Shown: positions 44,153 through 47,759 of the stretch, one piece after another
How the letters are laid out: every line of letters begins with the position of its first letter
How positions within the stretch are numbered: the stretch's first letter is position 1
Assembly: GCA_020831935.1 (NCBI GenBank)
Contig: JAFIFR010000001.1
Span: forward strand, 1 to 47,759
Direction: 5' to 3'
DNA length: 47,759 nt
Source of the DNA: Alkalimonas sp.
GTDB lineage: Bacteria > Pseudomonadota > Gammaproteobacteria > Enterobacterales > Alteromonadaceae
Program-made: the position numbers and the translations under genes
The notes under the pieces: generated by a model
Databases searched by the model: none
What the model saw: only the letters and a program-made list of their open reading frames with translations
Told to the model about the DNA's origin: nothing

Positions 44153-44851
44153 TTAGCCGAATGACAGCCATTTTTCAGCAGAAAAGCGCTGCTGTGGCAA
44201 AAAATCGGCTTTGTACGCCATTTTTCGGCAATCGGCGACATAGTATCCCAGGTAGAGAAACTCTTTACCAGCTTGCCGGCTTAACTCGGTTAACCAGAGG
44301 ATCGCCAGCTTGCCGGGTGAGAAACGCTGATAGTCCGGGTGATAGAAGGTATAGACGGCGGAGAACGCATTGTCCAGTTCGTCGACTACTGCCACGGCAA
44401 TCAAGCGCTGTTGATGGTAGATTTCCAGCGCTCTTACGGGCAACCAATCGCAGCGAAGCAAAGAGCCTAACTGTTCGGGGCAAGCCGGATGCATGGCCCC
44501 ATCAGTGTGGCGACTGTCGATATAAGCTTGGTACAGAGGAAAGTAGGCTTCACTGTCTGGCTGCACCAGCTGCGCTGTCAGACCGGCAGCTTTGGCTTTA
44601 CTCAGGATGCGACGCTGTTGTTTGTTCGGTTGAAAGTTGGCAGCATTCAGTCGTACCGACTGGCACTGTTGGCAAACCGGGCAGTGGGGCCGGTACAGAT
44701 CGTTGCCGGAGCGGCGAAAGTTGTGCTGCAGCAATTGCTGATACAAGCTGGCATCAACTGGGGTTTCGGGCAGCAAAAAAACCACCTGCTCCTGTTGCGA
44801 CGGCAGGTAGCTGCAGCTGGCCGGCGCCGTCAGGCCAAACTTAAGCTCCAT
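44153..44851 (-). CDS. bpt: Aspartate/glutamate leucyltransferase Bpt (ATE1-like)
   Basis: CSYLP, FRRSG..LYRPHCPVCQQC, SAVYTFYHP, FLYLGYYV..C.KMAYK; overlaps aat by 11 nt. Confidence 0.9.
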   Translation of the reverse strand: MELKFGLTAPASCSYLPSQQEQVVFLLPETPVDASLYQQLLQHNFRRSGNDLYRPHCPVCQQCQSVRLNAANFQPNKQQRRILSKAKAAGLTAQLVQPDSEAYFPLYQAYIDSRHTDGAMHPACPEQLGSLLRCDWLPVRALEIYHQQRLIAVAVVDELDNAFSAVYTFYHPDYQRFSPGKLAILWLTELSRQAGKEFLYLGYYVADCRKMAYKADFLPQQRFSAEKWLSFG

Positions 44852-45557
44852 CGCTGAGCTCCAGGGATTGCGGTTGCCAACAGGCGGCAGGAGTGTCTTC
44901 TGCTGCTAACCGATGCAGCAACTGGAGGTAGTCGGCTCTGGGCATTGGCATCACACCCAGTTGTTCAAGGTAAGGGTTGGGCAGCTGACAGTCGATCCAG
45001 CCTGCCTGATGGCGCTCCAGCTGCTGCTGCAGCACAACCAGCGCCAGTCTGGCGGTATTGGGTTGACGGTTAAACATCGACTCGCCACAAAAAAGCTGGC
45101 CAATTGCCAGGCCATACAAGCCTCCAACCAGTTCATCCTGCTGCCAGACCTCTATGCTGTGCGCCTGGCCTTGACGATGCAGCTCCAGGTAAGCCTGTTG
45201 CATGGCCGGAAGGATCCAGGTGTCTTGCTGTTTTACCCTGGGTGCTGCGCAGCCGGCAATCACCTCGGCAAAGGCTTGATTGACACTGAAGCGATAGCCC
45301 AGGCGCCGGCATTGTTTACGCAAGGTCCGGTTTAACGTCAGTTGCCCCGGCTGGAACAGTGCCCGTACCGAAGGGCTCCACCATAAGATAGGCTCACCAC
45401 GGGCAAACCAGGGGAAGATGCCTTGCTGATATGCAGCAAGAATCCGAGCCGGTGCCAGATCGCCCCCCATGGCCAAGAGACCATCGGGTTCCTGCAGTGC
45501 CTGCTGGGGGGGAGGGAACGCCAGACCCGGCCCCAGCTCGGGTAAATAGATTGGCAC
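44841..45557 (-). CDS. aat: Leucyl/phenylalanyl-tRNA--protein transferase
   Basis: PDGLLAMGGDL, AYQQGIFPWF, ILWWSP, AHSIEVW, LVGGLYG, FCGESMF, IDCQ. Confidence 0.97.
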   Translation of the reverse strand: MPIYLPELGPGLAFPPPQQALQEPDGLLAMGGDLAPARILAAYQQGIFPWFARGEPILWWSPSVRALFQPGQLTLNRTLRKQCRRLGYRFSVNQAFAEVIAGCAAPRVKQQDTWILPAMQQAYLELHRQGQAHSIEVWQQDELVGGLYGLAIGQLFCGESMFNRQPNTARLALVVLQQQLERHQAGWIDCQLPNPYLEQLGVMPMPRADYLQLLHRLAAEDTPAACWQPQSLELSDGA

Positions 45558-45563
45558 CTGCTA

Positions 45564-46580
<1,017 letters not shown>

Positions 46581-46678
46581 CTAAGCGAAAGACTTCGGCA
46601 GCAATTCAGTTTCAGGCAGGATTCTTTTGACGACCTTACTGCATCCGATTAAAGTGAACCTATTCGAGGTTTGAAAGG

Positions 46679-47759
46679 ATGCCCTCATTGAACCCGCTTA
46701 TCGCGCTACTTTTGCTCATCGGCAGTTTGTTACCGGCGCTGGCTGCACCGGCTGTCTATCGTATTGGCATTGATGATGGTTTGCCCAACGCGACCATCTA
46801 TTCGATTGCCCAGGATGAGCAGGGCTATATCTGGCTGGGAGCAACGGACTCTGGTTTATTGCGCTTTGATGGCTACCGTTTTATGTCGGTGCCGGTGTTA
46901 ACCCAAGAGGAAGCTAAAACCGAGCCTTTCACCGATGTCGGTGTCTTGCTGATTGACCGTCAGCAACGTGTCTGGGCAGGGCTCTGGGGACAAGGGTTGA
47001 GCCGGCTGGATTTTTCTGGTGACGGGCCAACTCGGTTTTTGCAACAGGGCTATCAGGTCCAGGCACTGCTGGAGGGGGATGATGGCAGCATCTGGGTGGG
47101 GACCACCCGGGGGCTGTTTCGCATCGGAGCCGATGATACACCACTGCGAATCGGTGGCAGCGACAGTGCCCAGCCGCTGCTGCATCAGCGGGTGTGGAGC
47201 CTGGCCAAAGGTGAGACCGGCAGCCTGTGGATAGGGACTAGCCAGGGAATTCATCTTTGGCATCCGGAGGATGGACTGCAGCCAGGTCGCCCGCTGTATG
47301 CTACCACCACCATGAGTCGACAAAACGAAGCTCGAGCCATGCATTATGCCCATCAGCGGCTTTGGGTGGGCTCCCGCCAGGGCTTGTTGTCGTTTGACCC
47401 CGACAGCTGGCAGCGGCAGGAACACCGGGTTCCGGGCGAGGGGGAAAGCGACTTTCCTCCAATTATCAACAACTTGTATCCTATAGGCGATGAGCAACTG
47501 CTGCTTGGCAGCTACGAAGGGGTGTTCCGTTTCGACTTCAATGCGCAAGGCTACCATTTGTTTCGTCAACAGACAGCTTTGCTGCCAAGCCTGAATGTGC
47601 GTAGTATTTTAGTCGATCGCAGCGGTCTGCTTTGGGCTGGGACCCGCGACAGTGGTTTATTTTATACCCGCTTTTCCCGCAGTGCTTTTAGTGAAGTCGC
47701 TTTGAGCTCATTGCCTGAATGGCAGCGCTGGTTTGAGTTGTCGGTCAGTAGCGTGGACG
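46679..47759 (+). CDS. Two-component regulator propeller (Reg_prop) ligand-binding sensor protein; 5' part, runs off the window
   Basis: Translated by hand: MPSLNPLIALLLLIGSLLPALAA (signal peptide), DDGLPNATIYSIAQDEQGYIWLGATDSGLLRFDGY, and repeated DxxGxxWxGT blades. The frame is open to the window end, so it is absent from the ORF track. Confidence 0.9.
   Translation, partial: MPSLNPLIALLLLIGSLLPALAAPAVYRIGIDDGLPNATIYSIAQDEQGYIWLGATDSGLLRFDGYRFMSVPVLTQEEAKTEPFTDVGVLLIDRQQRVWAGLWGQGLSRLDFSGDGPTRFLQQGYQVQALLEGDDGSIWVGTTRGLFRIGADDTPLRIGGSDSAQPLLHQRVWSLAKGETGSLWIGTSQGIHLWHPEDGLQPGRPLYATTTMSRQNEARAMHYAHQRLWVGSRQGLLSFDPDSWQRQEHRVPGEGESDFPPIINNLYPIGDEQLLLGSYEGVFRFDFNAQGYHLFRQQTALLPSLNVRSILVDRSGLLWAGTRDSGLFYTRFSRSAFSEVALSSLPEWQRWFELSVSSVD

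Overview
This is a core-chromosome segment of an Alteromonadales/Chromatiaceae-like gammaproteobacterium (Alkalimonas/Rheinheimera-like, inferred from gene content). I saw no prophage, IS element, CRISPR array, tRNA or rRNA. Housekeeping blocks are proS-trmO, purU, yciK/sohB, topA, cysB, metR, rimO, psrA-fadE, roxA-purB-hflD-mnmA-rluE, monomeric icd, cspD, clpS-clpA and infA-bpt-aat-trxB. Between them sit envelope and regulatory genes: a Kelch protein, an H-NS-like protein with a non-canonical C-terminus, a VolA/Pla-1 lipase, an Ig-like lipoprotein, a sensorless histidine kinase, a TPR response regulator lacking its phospho-acceptor Asp, and a TonB-dependent receptor. The most interesting signal is absent from the ORF track. 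The ~315-nt leader of the TonB-dependent receptor (minus strand) holds a 28-aa upstream ORF, MPASQPQSRCYCNSPFVPPYYLSEWFNN, with a well-spaced Shine-Dalgarno (SD). That SD can be locked in a 10-bp helix, and the uORF is followed by a hairpin and C-rich rut-like tracts. This layout resembles a tnaC/speFL/cruR-style ribosome-dependent attenuator, but I do not recognise the peptide. A structured icd 5' UTR and several operator-like palindromes (MetJ, PsrA, FadR-like, one unknown) are also visible.
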